DNA from: Magallana gigas
Taxonomy: Eukaryota
Assembly: GCF_963853765.1 (NCBI RefSeq)
Contig: NC_088860.1
Span: forward strand, 5,208,001-5,272,000
Direction: 5' to 3'
Length of the DNA stretch: 64,000 nucleotides
The notes beneath the pieces were generated by a model, which saw nothing but the letters and a program-made list of their open reading frames with translations, made no database searches and was not told the origin of the DNA. The first letter of the stretch is position 1; the number at the start of each line of letters is the position of its first letter. The position numbers and the translations under genes were made by a program. Below are positions 1 through 11,915 of the stretch, piece after piece.

Positions 1-97
1 TGACACTAGTAACATTGAAGTATTCCCTGGCACATAATCTCGACATACTCTAAACAACAACCAAGTACTAACTTATAAACGACAAAATAAAAAGCGG

Positions 98-1572
98 TGT
101 CTTTTGCATTTCTTGTACAGATTCAAGAAACGAAAACGTTATCAATCTGCTGGGTATTCGCTTTATTTATTTAGCTTTTGAAGGGAAGATATATGATTAA
201 ATATTACGCATGCCTGTAATTTGGAATCATCGATCAGCGAAAATCGATACAAAGCTTTCCAGTTTGATTTTGTCAAGCTCGAGCTAGTTTGTAGGCAGTA
301 AGAGGTATATAAACTGCATAGATTTTGCACTCCATATCATACTACATAGTACTATACATGTATGAGAAATGATATAAAATTACAATCAGTAAGTAGCTGT
401 CCAGTGTATAGATGAAAGTATACTGCAAGTAAACGTGATTTAAAACAAATACGGATAATGATTAACATTTCAGATTTTTTTATTAACAGTCACGTTACAT
501 TTTTTCAACATGTATATTTGCTTAAATTTACTTTTAATCCAGCAGACATGTTCAAGAAGCTAACTTAAGACTATGGTGCATCCTAAGTACGTCTTGTGAT
601 ACACCTTAGTCGTTGTCCCTTTACACCAATATCAATGATTATTTATGAAATTTTGGTGAATTTTTCTATAAAAGGGATAGATTACACGGTCTATTTTTTC
701 AAGATAGCATACAAAGATATGACATTCTTTCTTTCCTTGATCTTGTGAGACTTAAGTTATCAGAACATCAGGTTCACTGGACGTCAACCATTAGCAAAGC
801 GTCAGCAATGATTGAAGAGCGACACGTATTTGAACCACTAAACATTATTTGTTTATTTGTTACTTAAATGAAAGTAAATTACACACACATTAAGTTATAT
901 TCAATTCATTTATTCTTACGTTACATTTTTAAAACAACATTGAAAAGATATGCATACAATGTCAAACTGGATAAAAAGCAAGGCAACAATAGTCTCTATC
1001 AACCTGCAGAATTGACTTCTTGATTACATAAATGAATTTACTATCTTTATTGACAAAGACTATTTTTGTATATGAGAACATAAACTGATATGCACTTTGT
1101 TGGTGAGCGATGTCTTTTGCATGTCTTGTGCAGATTCAAGAAACGAAAACGTTATCAATCTGCCGGGTATTCGCTTTATATATTTAGTTTTTGAAGGGAA
1201 GATATATGATTAAATATTACGCATGCCTGTAATTTGGAATCATCGATCAGAGAAAATCGATACAAAGCGAAAAGTCGAAAATTTTCCAATTTAATGTTTT
1301 CAAGCTACAATGTAAGGCTACTATGCAGGCAATAAAAAGTATATGAGCTGCATAGATTTTTTACTTCACATCACACATCATAGTACTATATAAGAAATAA
1401 CATATGTACAATCAGTATAGTAAATGTCCAATGTCTAGATGTCGATCATATACTGCAAGTAAAAGTGACTAAAAACAAAAGCAGATAATGCTTAACGTTT
1501 TAGATTTTTTTTATCAACAGTCACATTTTGTCTCCGTTAATATTTGCTTAATTTTTTTTTATTGTCCCAGAC
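98..1572. repeat. Tandem duplication: two diverged ~450-bp copies about 1013 bp apart (98-545 and 1110-1572)
   Basis: Near-identical blocks, e.g. cagattcaagaaacgaaaacgttatcaatctgc-gggtattcgcttta at 118 and 1131, with similarity continuing for about 450 bp. Confidence 0.9.
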
Positions 1573-2181
1573 CTATAACTATAACAAATAGTTTATTTAC
1601 TGTAATCTTAATGGCAGCTGTCAGGGCTGGGGCTGAAGCTCCAACGTTAACCTAATACAGAAAAGTAGAGTTTTTCTTTATCATCTCGCAGGATGACACA
1701 TTCAATGTATTTATATTAATAGCAATAAAAAAAAGAAAGATATATAATGTATGTATAACTTACTATGTATATTTTGAATACATATTACAGAAACTATATC
1801 AGTAGATGTATGTAACCGAAAAGTCTTATTTAAAATTGATTTGGTAAATTGTAAATTTTATTTGAAAATGATTTTAAATTAATCATTATATAATAGTCGT
1901 GAGTAAGGAATGAGTTGTGTTAAAAATCACATTTCTTTATTACATCGAAAGTAGTTAGGTGGTTGTTAAAACTTTAAATTTATAAAATTTTATTTTTGTA
2001 TAGCAAGTGGATTCCATAAAAACCAATTTCCAGACAGCTAAAACTGAAATCGATAATCATTTGGATGCAACACGTATGTCATTTAAACTTAAACTATGTA
2101 TAATGATAATATAAACAAAGTAATTAATGATAATTTTGTAATGCTTAAAAAGGTAAAAATGTGTTTATTTTATTGTAACAG

Positions 2182-5100
2182 AATTATCAGAGGCTCTGCA
2201 GAAGAAAGCAATCTCGTTGCTGACGGGGGGTGCTGTGGACCATCTTCAAATAGGTAATAGCTCACCCCATATGACTGCCAAAAAATTGACGTCATAAACA
2301 AAAACTTGTTCAAATATCTTATATAAATTCAGAAAAAGCTATATACGAGGGTTGTCCCAAAATAATGTAGACAGGACACATAACTTAAAATCTGTTCACT
2401 GCAATTTCATTAGACTTCTATGTTTTCTTCAATGACCCTTTTGCAAACAATGCTGAAAAGTTCAAATTTGTACTTTATTTATTTCTCGAGAAAATGAATA
2501 ATTAGTAACAACAGGTTTTGTCAGGCGGCGCAATGTGCGACGTCGAAAATTTCCAGTTTTACGTTGTTGCTACACCCTCCACATCCTTTACGATAACATT
2601 TACGTTTTATTTCCGATATGTCTTAGAAAAAATATTATCTTTGAACATGTACCCTGAGTGCACATTCAACATAAATTTCTTTTTTTGTTTTTTTTTTAAA
2701 AATATTTTCTAAGTACAAACGATCTGTTGGCTCCAAACGTGCCTTGTATTACTTGTTGTCTAACGTCCGTCTTGCCGAAATGTGTCGTTCAACATTTTGA
2801 CGTCCATTGATATCGTTCGGAGTTTCTTTTTTCCACTTATTGTCATCATACTTTTTCAAATATTTTCAATGTTGTTTAACTACTTATTCACAAAACGCAT
2901 TTCTCATCGATTTTGTTAACTTCATTTACTTCCAAAGCCGCTTAGGATTTATTTCATGGTCTTTACAAAATTGTATCGGTTACTGCAGCGCCGCCTTAAA
3001 CGCTGACATCGTCATTTTATTACGAGTTAACTTTTCAACTTGTCACAAAACGCGCTATAAAATATTTAAAAGTTTTGTTATAGTCAAAACATTTTCTGAG
3101 TAAATAATAGAATTATTATCAAATATCAATGTAGGTTTTATTTGAATTTTTTCATTCAAAAAGTACTTTTCCTCGAAATTTTCATTTCATTATGTTGATT
3201 TTAACTTTTTGTTTTTGACATTGCGCCGCATGTCGAATTTCTGATCTAACATGCTTTCATTTCACTAATTTAATCTCAAACAATATTTGATTTTAAAACA
3301 TTATCTGAATGCTAATTTCTCAAACCCTTTGTGGCACAAATTTCATCTACCTTTGTCTTCGATTAACTGAATAACGCCACTTGTCTACGCTATTTTGGGA
3401 CAACCCTCGTATAATTCGCATCCTAAGTCAAGAGTTATGCATACTAGTACTGTCCTTCAATCAATAAATATAAGCATTAAAGTAGACAAACGTCTTACTA
3501 AAAAACGTATGTAATCTCTCTTTAATTGTTATTTTTATTTAGATATCGATGATGTCCGTTCGACTGTTAACAATGTTAGCACAGCAATGAATGCGTTCCA
3601 GACGGCCTGTCCACCAGCAGTGTGCTCATCTCCTATATCAGTGAGTTAGACCACACGCTCTTCATAGTACACCATAACTTCACGAGTAGAATGATATAGA
3701 TATACTAAGAACTAAAGAGGGCTAAATGGTCATGACATAGAGAAAAGCTTAGTGTTAATTAGAAGAAATGTGCAAATTCAATTATTAATATTTTTATTCT
3801 TTTTTTTTTACTGAATAAAAGTTAATAACTTATCAAATTATTTTTAAATTATAAGGAAAAGCTGACGGTCTGATTGTTAGTTTGTTGACCCCTTGCTTTC
3901 TTAGGACAAAGTAATTAGTTGGGTGACTGAATTTTGAATCAATTAAGTGCCTTGCTAGATTACCATAACCCCCCCCCCCCCTGGCTCATAGATCCTGACC
4001 TCTTCCAACACACATTCGCTCAGTTTATTTCAAAATCTCCATTAAACTTTCAATTAATGTACAATTTCAGATTTAATGATTTTATGATAGAAATTTTGAA
4101 TCTGAAAATAAGTAAATACCGGTATTCACTTAACTCATCCAAGATGAGTAATAAAGGAGTATACTAGTAGTAAATTATAAGTAGTAAATCAAAGGTTTAC
4201 AAAGGTTTGAACGCATTTAAATCACATTTAATTTCTGTGGCGTCGGAAGCAAATTGAAAGGGGGGGGGGGCTAGACTAATCATCAGAATTCTTGTCAAGC
4301 CCAAAAAAAAATCTCCCTAATTCTCAAAATCATAAAATTCCTAATCCGATGGGGGGGGGGGGGTATACCTATGATTCAAACTTCTCAATAATCCCATCTT
4401 TTCCAGGTAAATATCTTTGCTGCGATAAAAAGTGGGGGGGCTGAACCCTCTATAATGCTATGTGCCTAATGGTTAGGTCTAAGTTTGCAAAAAAAGTGGG
4501 GGGGGGGGGGCAAATTTACATGTAAGTTACATGTACATGTAGCACCCCCCCCCCCCCGGTTCCGACGCCTATGCTTGTTGCTTGTAAATGTGGTTTTGAC
4601 CAACAGCAAATGCCAATGAATTGGACTGGGTTTGATATGTTGTTGAAAGTTAGAAAATCAAAACGTTTTATGTTCGTATTTCTTATTTTAGCCGCCAGCT
4701 TTACCAACAATACCAAGTATTGACATATCAAATCAGGTTGGTAAATTGCATATAACTGTTGTTTAAAGTTATAATTCTTTTCTAAATATACTATGTATTT
4801 TTTATTTGATGTCCAATACATGTAGAATTTATCAGTGGTTTTATTTTGTATCATAAGGCGACAACAAGTATCAAAACAGCGATAGATACCGTATTGGGTT
4901 CGACGACCGGTGGTAAGCAACTTTGCATTGCTGTTTAAGTGACAAAATTCAATGTGATTTATTTACTCCTTATTGCAAATATGATAGGCTTGTTTACTTA
5001 AAAAAGAAAAGAAAATGTTTTATTGAGGGACTTCAATCATTTTAAAGCTATAAGTGATGCAAAAACTCAGCTGAATTCAGCAGACACTAAAATCACTAAA

Positions 5101-8100
5101 CTGGTGGACAACACAAAGGATGCCATTCAGAAGGTAGCCGTAATTACTTAGCAGAACTTGTTTCCGAAAATTGATGAAGTAATTTCCTAACCTATTTACC
5201 AACAAACCGGTTCAATAATTTAATCTTTGTAATTCCATATGCTTTTATAAATTTTTCATAAATAATCCATTTTGATCCAAGGGAGATGTAGTGAACATTA
5301 AAGACACTAAAACAATGGTGAAAAACCAAAAGGATTTCATCACACCTTACGATAAATATAGGTTAGTTTTATACCTTGTACATAACAATGTTTTTTCTTA
5401 TAATTGTAACATTGAAAGAATATTATTGATATCCAATTCTTAATCTCTAAAGATATTTACCTGAATTCCAGGTGGTATGCTGGAATTGGTTGTGGGGGTA
5501 TTGTCTCCCTTATTTTGGCTCTTTACTGTTGTGGGATTTGCTGTGGTTGTTGCGGTGGGAGGTCTGTCAATGATCCTCTGGAAAAGGGCTGTGTCTCAAA
5601 CTGTGCAGGCCGTCTTATGATTGGGTAATCCAAAGTATAACAATTTGGTAATCAATACACAAATTTTTAAAGCAATTCAATTTGCTTCATAATAATGACC
5701 ATTTCTTTATTAAATAAAACGTTTGATTTCTGCCATTGTCTTTTATTATTTTTTACAATAACAACTATTTTAACGACTGTTTTTGTTATAAAGTTCAAAA
5801 GACCAACAATACGACTCTATTTTCCCCAGGTCTCTGGTTTTCATTTTCGTGTTTTGTCCGTTGCTGATGTTGATAACCACTCTTATGTACATACCTGGAG
5901 CCATTATTGAGAGATACGTCTGTCAACCATTCACCGATCCTAACCTGGAATTTCTGGATGAGGTTTGTATGTTAGCTATGAATAAAAACTAAAACGGTAC
6001 AACTCCTCTATATGAATCTTTCAAGGAATGTATCCGTTCGCTGTGATAAACTTAGGTTTTTCTAATGCATAATTTTGCAGTATTTGTGCCTAGGTACAGA
6101 GCTTATGCACGAATTCCGAAACTAAAATTCTTAATAGAATAAATCTTTTTTTTTAAAGTACTATTTATAATCTTACATTTCTAAATGCGTTTGTAGTTTA
6201 ATGCAATAACTTTGAAATGGAAAATCTATACTATCTTGTTCATTACATTACGTTAAACCTAATGGATAGTTATAAAATGGGAAAAGATCTGTTATCTCAC
6301 TTTGTACATTACTTTATAGCTAATGGATAGTTTTGAAATGAATTTTGACAATATCGTCAAGCATGAGCCTGGTCATGAGATGTCCTTGAAATCATTCCTA
6401 GGGTACGTCATAACACAGTCAAGTACTTTTATCCTTGTTTATATAGATTAATTACTGATAATTTAATAATGGTATTTCTTTGTTCTAGCAACTGCAAGAA
6501 TAATATGGCTATTTATAAGGCGTTGGATTTGGAACACCTGACGTTGTTTTCTTTTAAGTTTTCTGACCTTGAAAATGAAGTCCAGAATATCATGAATGTA
6601 GGTATTATTAACTTATTAATTGACTGCGCAAAATGAATAATTAGACTGCATTATTTTGTAAACCGTTACATGTACATGGATACGTTTTCCTTTTAAATAA
6701 AATCATATGCACTTTTTCAGAAGATCTTTATTTTACTTTATTTCTTATTTCCTTAAAGTAAATGATAGCTCGCGGTTTATGACATTTGTCCCCTAATTTG
6801 TTTAATCATATCTATCAGCTGAAATTCTAATATCAGTAAAAGAATGATGCTCTGCTAACTCTCAGTACCAAAACATCAGGAGTTATATGATGGAGTATAT
6901 ATTACGCGACACTGATAATAAATATACATTAGCAATCGATTTACGTCAATTTGCAAGCGAGTGATAAGAATAAGTAACATACTTAATTTGTATTTTAAAT
7001 AACATTTAACAGCACATGAACACTGGTATGGGGACTATGCTTAATGATAAAACAGCCTTTGGTAGTGCCAATCTACTACCAGCCGGCCTAGTAACCAACT
7101 TGGATGGCATAAAGAACACGATGAGCAGCCTTGACCTTACCAGTTTAAACAACGCTGTATTTCAGTTTATATCTTTAGAATGAATATCCATATCCAAATT
7201 GATTTTTTTTATATAAATGTAAACATAAATTACATCATTTTTAGCCTTTTCTTTTAATTGTATGTCCAACCTTTTCCATAGTTTCAAAATATTTTATATA
7301 ATTAGATACAGCAAATGGAGCCAGCAGTTACTGCTGCAGGTGCTCTTCCAGTAAGTATTTGTATATTTATAATTTCAAGAGGTATATTAAATGCTACTGT
7401 AGAGCAGATAATTTGAAAAATATTAGATGTTACTTTTATGTAAATATATTTGAAATAAAGACTGTTTTATAAAGTACTTTGTCTAGTAAATGAAAACGAA
7501 ATAGAGTTACACAATACTATGTAAATTGTAGAAAACCGTCATTACAAATTAAAGATGGACATCGTTTTGAAAAAAAATATCAGATATTTTAGTTCTCCTT
7601 GTTAGAACTTTGTTCTTTTAAATCGCATACTTAATGAATAAAATTAAGAATAAATACATGTACTTATAAAATGAATATATTAATGATTTAAATATAACAG
7701 TGTCTAAGAGTTGCATATTTTCTTATCATGTTTTGAATAACATTTGTCTGTTCTCGACAAACGTAATGATCTAACTTTGCTCTTTCTGTTTGCTTATCTG
7801 TAAATATGTTCACATTATTTAAGAACTTGAAATTCAATTGTAACATGCAATAAATATGCTTATTTCTTTTCACATTCTGCCACAGGGTCCATCGAGTGCA
7901 ACAATGCAAACATCTTTGGTAAATACAATCTTCATTTATGTTATAATAAATATTTTTACACTTTTAAAATGTAAAAAATATATAGTCTTAAATCCTCTCG
8001 TTAAACCAAAAGAACAATACTCAATCATATTGCAAGATGCATGAAAATAGTGAAATTAATAAGCAAACTTAATATTTTGTTCAATATTTTTTTTTCAGAA

Positions 8101-8154
8101 TACTTTGAAAACTGCAAAAACCCAGCTTGCCAGGCTCAAAACAGATATTCCAGT

Positions 8155-8232
<78 letters not shown>

Positions 8233-11200
8233 AGACATTTTAATTAAGTCACATGTCAGACTGGAAACGTCTAGCTAGTGTCAAAACGGTCGCAATTTCT
8301 CAGACCTTTCTGACACATTTGTTTTGTATAAAGAAGGCTGGATCGTCAACAAATTGACCATCAGATCTGCCTCAAATTTTAAGATACGATTTTGTAGATA
8401 AAATATTATTTTGTAAAGAAAACCTCCATATATTTTACCTTTAAAGTTTTGGTATTTTCCTATATTTTTATATAGAACTCTCCTTCTAAAGGAGATCAAT
8501 ACAGTCTCAAAATCACCACGGCCATCGAGCCTTCCTATAATTGCATTGAAGATGATAAAATTCTAGTATGCAAAATAAAGCCCAATCAATTGAACTAATA
8601 TTGTTTAATCATAAAATTCAAAATCGGGAGTTTGCTATTATAGCAGGATCTATTAATGGGGGGGGGGATATTCTAGATAGCACCATTTACTATGTAATTA
8701 CATTTATTTAGTTACTCATTGGATTTACTGAGAGTGTCTTTTAATCCAATAACATGTTTTCCGTTTTGTTTCATGCTATTTACCTACAGACTGCTGTGGA
8801 CGATGTTAAACACCAGTTAAATGCCGCCACCACTAACATGCAGTCTAATGGCATGACAAATGTGAGAAGAAACGGTTACGTGTAAAATAAAAATCTCATT
8901 TGTTCATGTTTGTTGATAATTGTAAATTATCCTTTAACGATTTGCTATAAATTTTTGGCAGATCGCTCAATCATTTGTCAATGACACTGTGAATATCATC
9001 GATGTCTACTTTAAAGATGTCAAAGGCAAAGTAAGTAATTGTACTTGTTAGCAAGCGTTAAATATATTTACAAAGCTAGCTATAAGGAGGCATGAATGCA
9101 AAACCGGAAATCTGAGTATATTTCTCGAACACTATATGATAAACTAGTATTACAACAATTCAGATGTGAAATTTTTAAGTCTTTAGAAAGCAAAGCTACA
9201 TATAGCAGGTTTCTGTATATTTATATTATTATATGTACTCTTGCAAAAACAACATAAGATGCGCACGTGTCTTGAGCAATTCATATTTTTTAAAAATATA
9301 TTCTATGTATGAAAAGTAGTACTCCATCGTATATGGTCTATGGTGAATCAGGTCGTTATCCTTTATACGTAACTGTATATTCTCGAATGATTTCTTATTG
9401 GACAAAAATGATCCAAGGTCAAGACAATAAGATTGTGTTTACTGTTTACAAATATTTAGCAAACCAATATATGTATAATAATGACTGTGTAAATCCATGG
9501 ACTGATTTTATACGACATATTTTAGACTCATGTGGGTTCTCTAATATCTGGACAGAACAATGTACTGAAATAGTTAATGATAAGTGGATTTCTGCCGCCA
9601 TCAAACACAGATTGCAGGACCAGTTCATTCAGAAATGGGCAAAAGATATAGATAATTCATCTAAAGGTCAAATATATAAAATTTATAAACAAAAGTTTGG
9701 TTTTGAAAAATACTTAGGCATTCTTACTAAAAAATTTTGGAAACCACTTATTAAATTCAGAACAGCAAATCACCGTTTACCGATTGAAACCGGTAGATGG
9801 TATGGAATTCCTGTAAATGACAGAAGCTGCACACTCTGTAATAGTGGTAAATTAGCGGACGAATACCATTTTATTCTTGAGTGTAAATTTTTCTTAACTT
9901 TACGTAAGCAATTCCTATGCACCAAGTATTTTCAAAAAACAAGTACATTAAAATTTAGGGAACTGCTGATGACAACGAACATCAAAACATTGAAAAAATT
10001 AAGCTCTTTTATATTGAATATCCAAGAGCAATTCTGCTGTCCAGCCTAAACTAGATTTGCATTTATTATTATTATTACTCTCCGCGTATTGAACACCAAA
10101 GAAACATTGTATTAAATTTTTATATGATGATCTATTTTTTTTTCTACCACTTTTTGTATTATTACTATTTTTTTTCTCTTACTTACTTATGCTTACTAAC
10201 ACATGTAATACTATGTTGTATTATAATTTATATATAATTTATTAGACCCTTGACATCACAATTTAATGCAAATATGTTATTGTACCTCATGTACCATTGT
10301 ATGATAATGGTTTGAGAGAATAAATTGAATTGAATTAAATTGAATATGAATTATGTATCATATGATTTTTTTTCCTAAGCTGCACAACGAAATAGGGCAA
10401 TGTCAGCCTCTGTGGAATCTCTACAACTCTATCATCAAAATATCGCTCTGTCAGTACATAGTGGACGCCTTTGTGAGTCTTAAATCTATTAATAAGTATT
10501 GTGGGGTTTATTCCTGATCTTATTTTTTCCCCATATTTTCCTGTTCAGAAATGTGATCAATTGCCTTGCAAATTTTAAAAATGAATATTACAATATTAAA
10601 AAGATAAAGCATATTACAACATGGCTGATTTAATAATACATGAATTTTGTTTGTGATGCTGTCATTTCAATCGATAGAACGGCTTCTGGTTTTCGATTGG
10701 TTGGTGTATTTTCTTCTTACTTCCGGGGGCGGTGGTTGGAACAAAACTCTCGAATTTCCTCCGCGATGTGAAGTATGTGTACGACAACAACCATGATGCT
10801 GAGTAAGTCAGGGCGGAATCTATGGCCGCATTAATTATCATAAAGCAAAAGAAAGTATAACCTCATGTTTTATTATAATAATTTCCTGCAAATCATTGCA
10901 GAGTTCATTTCATGTACAATTTTGATTAATTGACAACGGAGAATGGCTTGTTTATAAAAACATTAATATCATTTAGAGTCTTTATTAAAAATAAAACAAG
11001 TACGTATATTTGAAGAAATTGATCCTAAAATTTGATATTTTTTTTCTAAATATATTACCTAATAAGGTTGTGTTTATTTGTGTATAATTTTTTTACAGGA
11101 GTGGAAAATCAAAGCGTACTAAAAAGTAAGAAAAACAATTTTGAAAACTAATAGCTCTTTAACAACTAATAATATCGAATTTCTATGCTTACATCCAACA

Positions 11201-11273
11201 AAGTCATTTCAAACATCTGTCGATCGGTATTTTCAGGAACCAAGTTGGACACAAAGATGATGACGATGAATGA
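2182..11273 (+). CDS. PROM1: Prominin (CD133-like pentaspan membrane glycoprotein), 3' part; 5' exons are upstream of the window or unresolved
   Basis: GT-AG exons that join in frame: 2182-2253, 3543-3640, 4692-4740, 5048-5133, 5282-5361, 5472-5624, 5830-5962, 6320-6402, 6489-6597, 7013-7156, 7306-7350, 7886-7918, 8099-8152, 8790-8861, 8962-9030, 10380-10472, 10678-10802, 11099-11125, 11237-11273 (TGA). The translation has prominin hallmarks: YDKYRW-TM3-CCG..KGCVSNCAGRLM-TM4-ERYVCQP, CKNNMAIYKALDL, and IGQCQPLWNLYN..SLCQYIVDAFNGFWFSIGWCIFFLLP (TM5). Confidence 0.93.
2346..3409. mobile_element. Non-autonomous Tc1/mariner-type DNA transposon in a prominin intron
   Basis: TIRs CGAGGGTTGTCCCAAAATAATGTAGACA / TGTCTACGCTATTTTGGGACAACCCTCG, flanked by TA at 2344-2345 and 3410-3411; no intact transposase. 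Confidence 0.85.
4239..4569. mobile_element. Poly-G/poly-C MITE-like element
   Basis: Terminal inverted repeat GGCGTCGGAA / TTCCGACGCC, several internal G/C homopolymer runs, and a related copy at 40486-40648. Confidence 0.7.
5472..5624 (+). CDS. PROM1: Prominin exon encoding TM3 and the Cys-rich intracellular loop
   Basis: ttccag|GTGGTAT...ATTGG|gtaatc; (R)WYAGIGCGGIVSLILALYCCGICCGCCGGRSVNDPLEKGCVSNCAGRLMI(G). Confidence 0.93.
5830..5962 (+). CDS. PROM1: Prominin exon encoding TM4
   Basis: ccccag|G...GAG|gtttgt; SLVFIFVFCPLLMLITTLMYIPGAIIERYVCQPFTDPNLEFLDE. Confidence 0.92.
8159..8227. repeat. (GA)n microsatellite
   Basis: Perfect AG dinucleotide run starting just after the splice donor at 8153. 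Confidence 0.98.
9270..10345 (+). mobile_element. 5'-truncated non-LTR retrotransposon (LINE, RTE-X-like ORF2 C-terminus) in a prominin intron
   Basis: ORF 9309-10049 has typical post-RT LINE motifs: STPSYMVYGESGRYPL, RMISYW, KFRTANHRLPIETGRW and a C-x2-C..DEYHFILEC zinc knuckle. It is followed by an AT-rich 3' UTR, AATAAA and a (TTGAA)n tail ending near 10345. The clade is assigned from recalled motifs only. Confidence 0.88.
10678..10802 (+). CDS. PROM1: Prominin exon encoding TM5 and the start of the cytoplasmic tail
   Basis: gatag|AAC...GCTGA|gtaagt; NGFWFSIGWCIFFLLPGAVVGTKLSNFLRDVKYVYDNNHDA. Confidence 0.93.
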
Positions 11274-11915
11274 ATATGAAGAGTTTTGAAGTTATTAAGA
11301 TGTTTTTTTCTTTTATCAAAATTATCTTTTAAAACCGTCCAAGGCTTGCAATCAAATCTTTTCATGATGTGTTGTTGTTAATGACAAGAGTAGTCTCCCG
11401 TAGTGTTTAATCAGTTTGCAATGTATAAAAGCAGGTACAGGGAAAATACTTTACTTTTTATTTTGTTTCAAATGTATATGTAAGCAGTTCTTGTGTACAT
11501 TTTTATTGTTTAGCTTTAAATACAAGTTTACTCGCTATAAACTATTTTATTAGCCCGATGACTGTCACAACAATCATTTTAAGAACGAGAAACAGGGTTA
11601 TTTGTTTTGTTTGTTGATTGATTTTATTTGTTGTTGATTAATTTGTGGAGATAAACTTTGATACTGAAATGTAATTCATCAGATCAATAGTCATGCAAAT
11701 GAATGTAATGATTATTTAATTGATTTTGGTATTCTTTTTATTGCTTTGAAAGTACGTGTTTTATTTATAATATTGTCATAATTTAATTTTGAATCTGTTA
11801 TATGTTTTCAACTGAGATACATGTATATATAATAATTATTCTAGATTATTATAATTATGCCGTCCATTTATTTTCATTTTTTTTTTAAAAATGAATAAAA
11901 ATACTTTTTGAAAGT
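11274..11915 (+). other. Probable prominin 3' UTR with poly(A) signal
   Basis: AT-rich sequence after the stop codon, with AATAAA near 11894 followed by a T-rich tract. Confidence 0.5.

Noticed and set aside
4607-4648. Possible extra prominin exon (QMPMNWTGFDMLLK)
   Set aside because: It has AG/GT ends and keeps phase, but the donor is weak and it is not needed to build the prominin frame
4516-4920. 134-aa minus-strand ORF
   Set aside because: It is antisense to a prominin exon and overlaps a poly-G MITE; no protein signature
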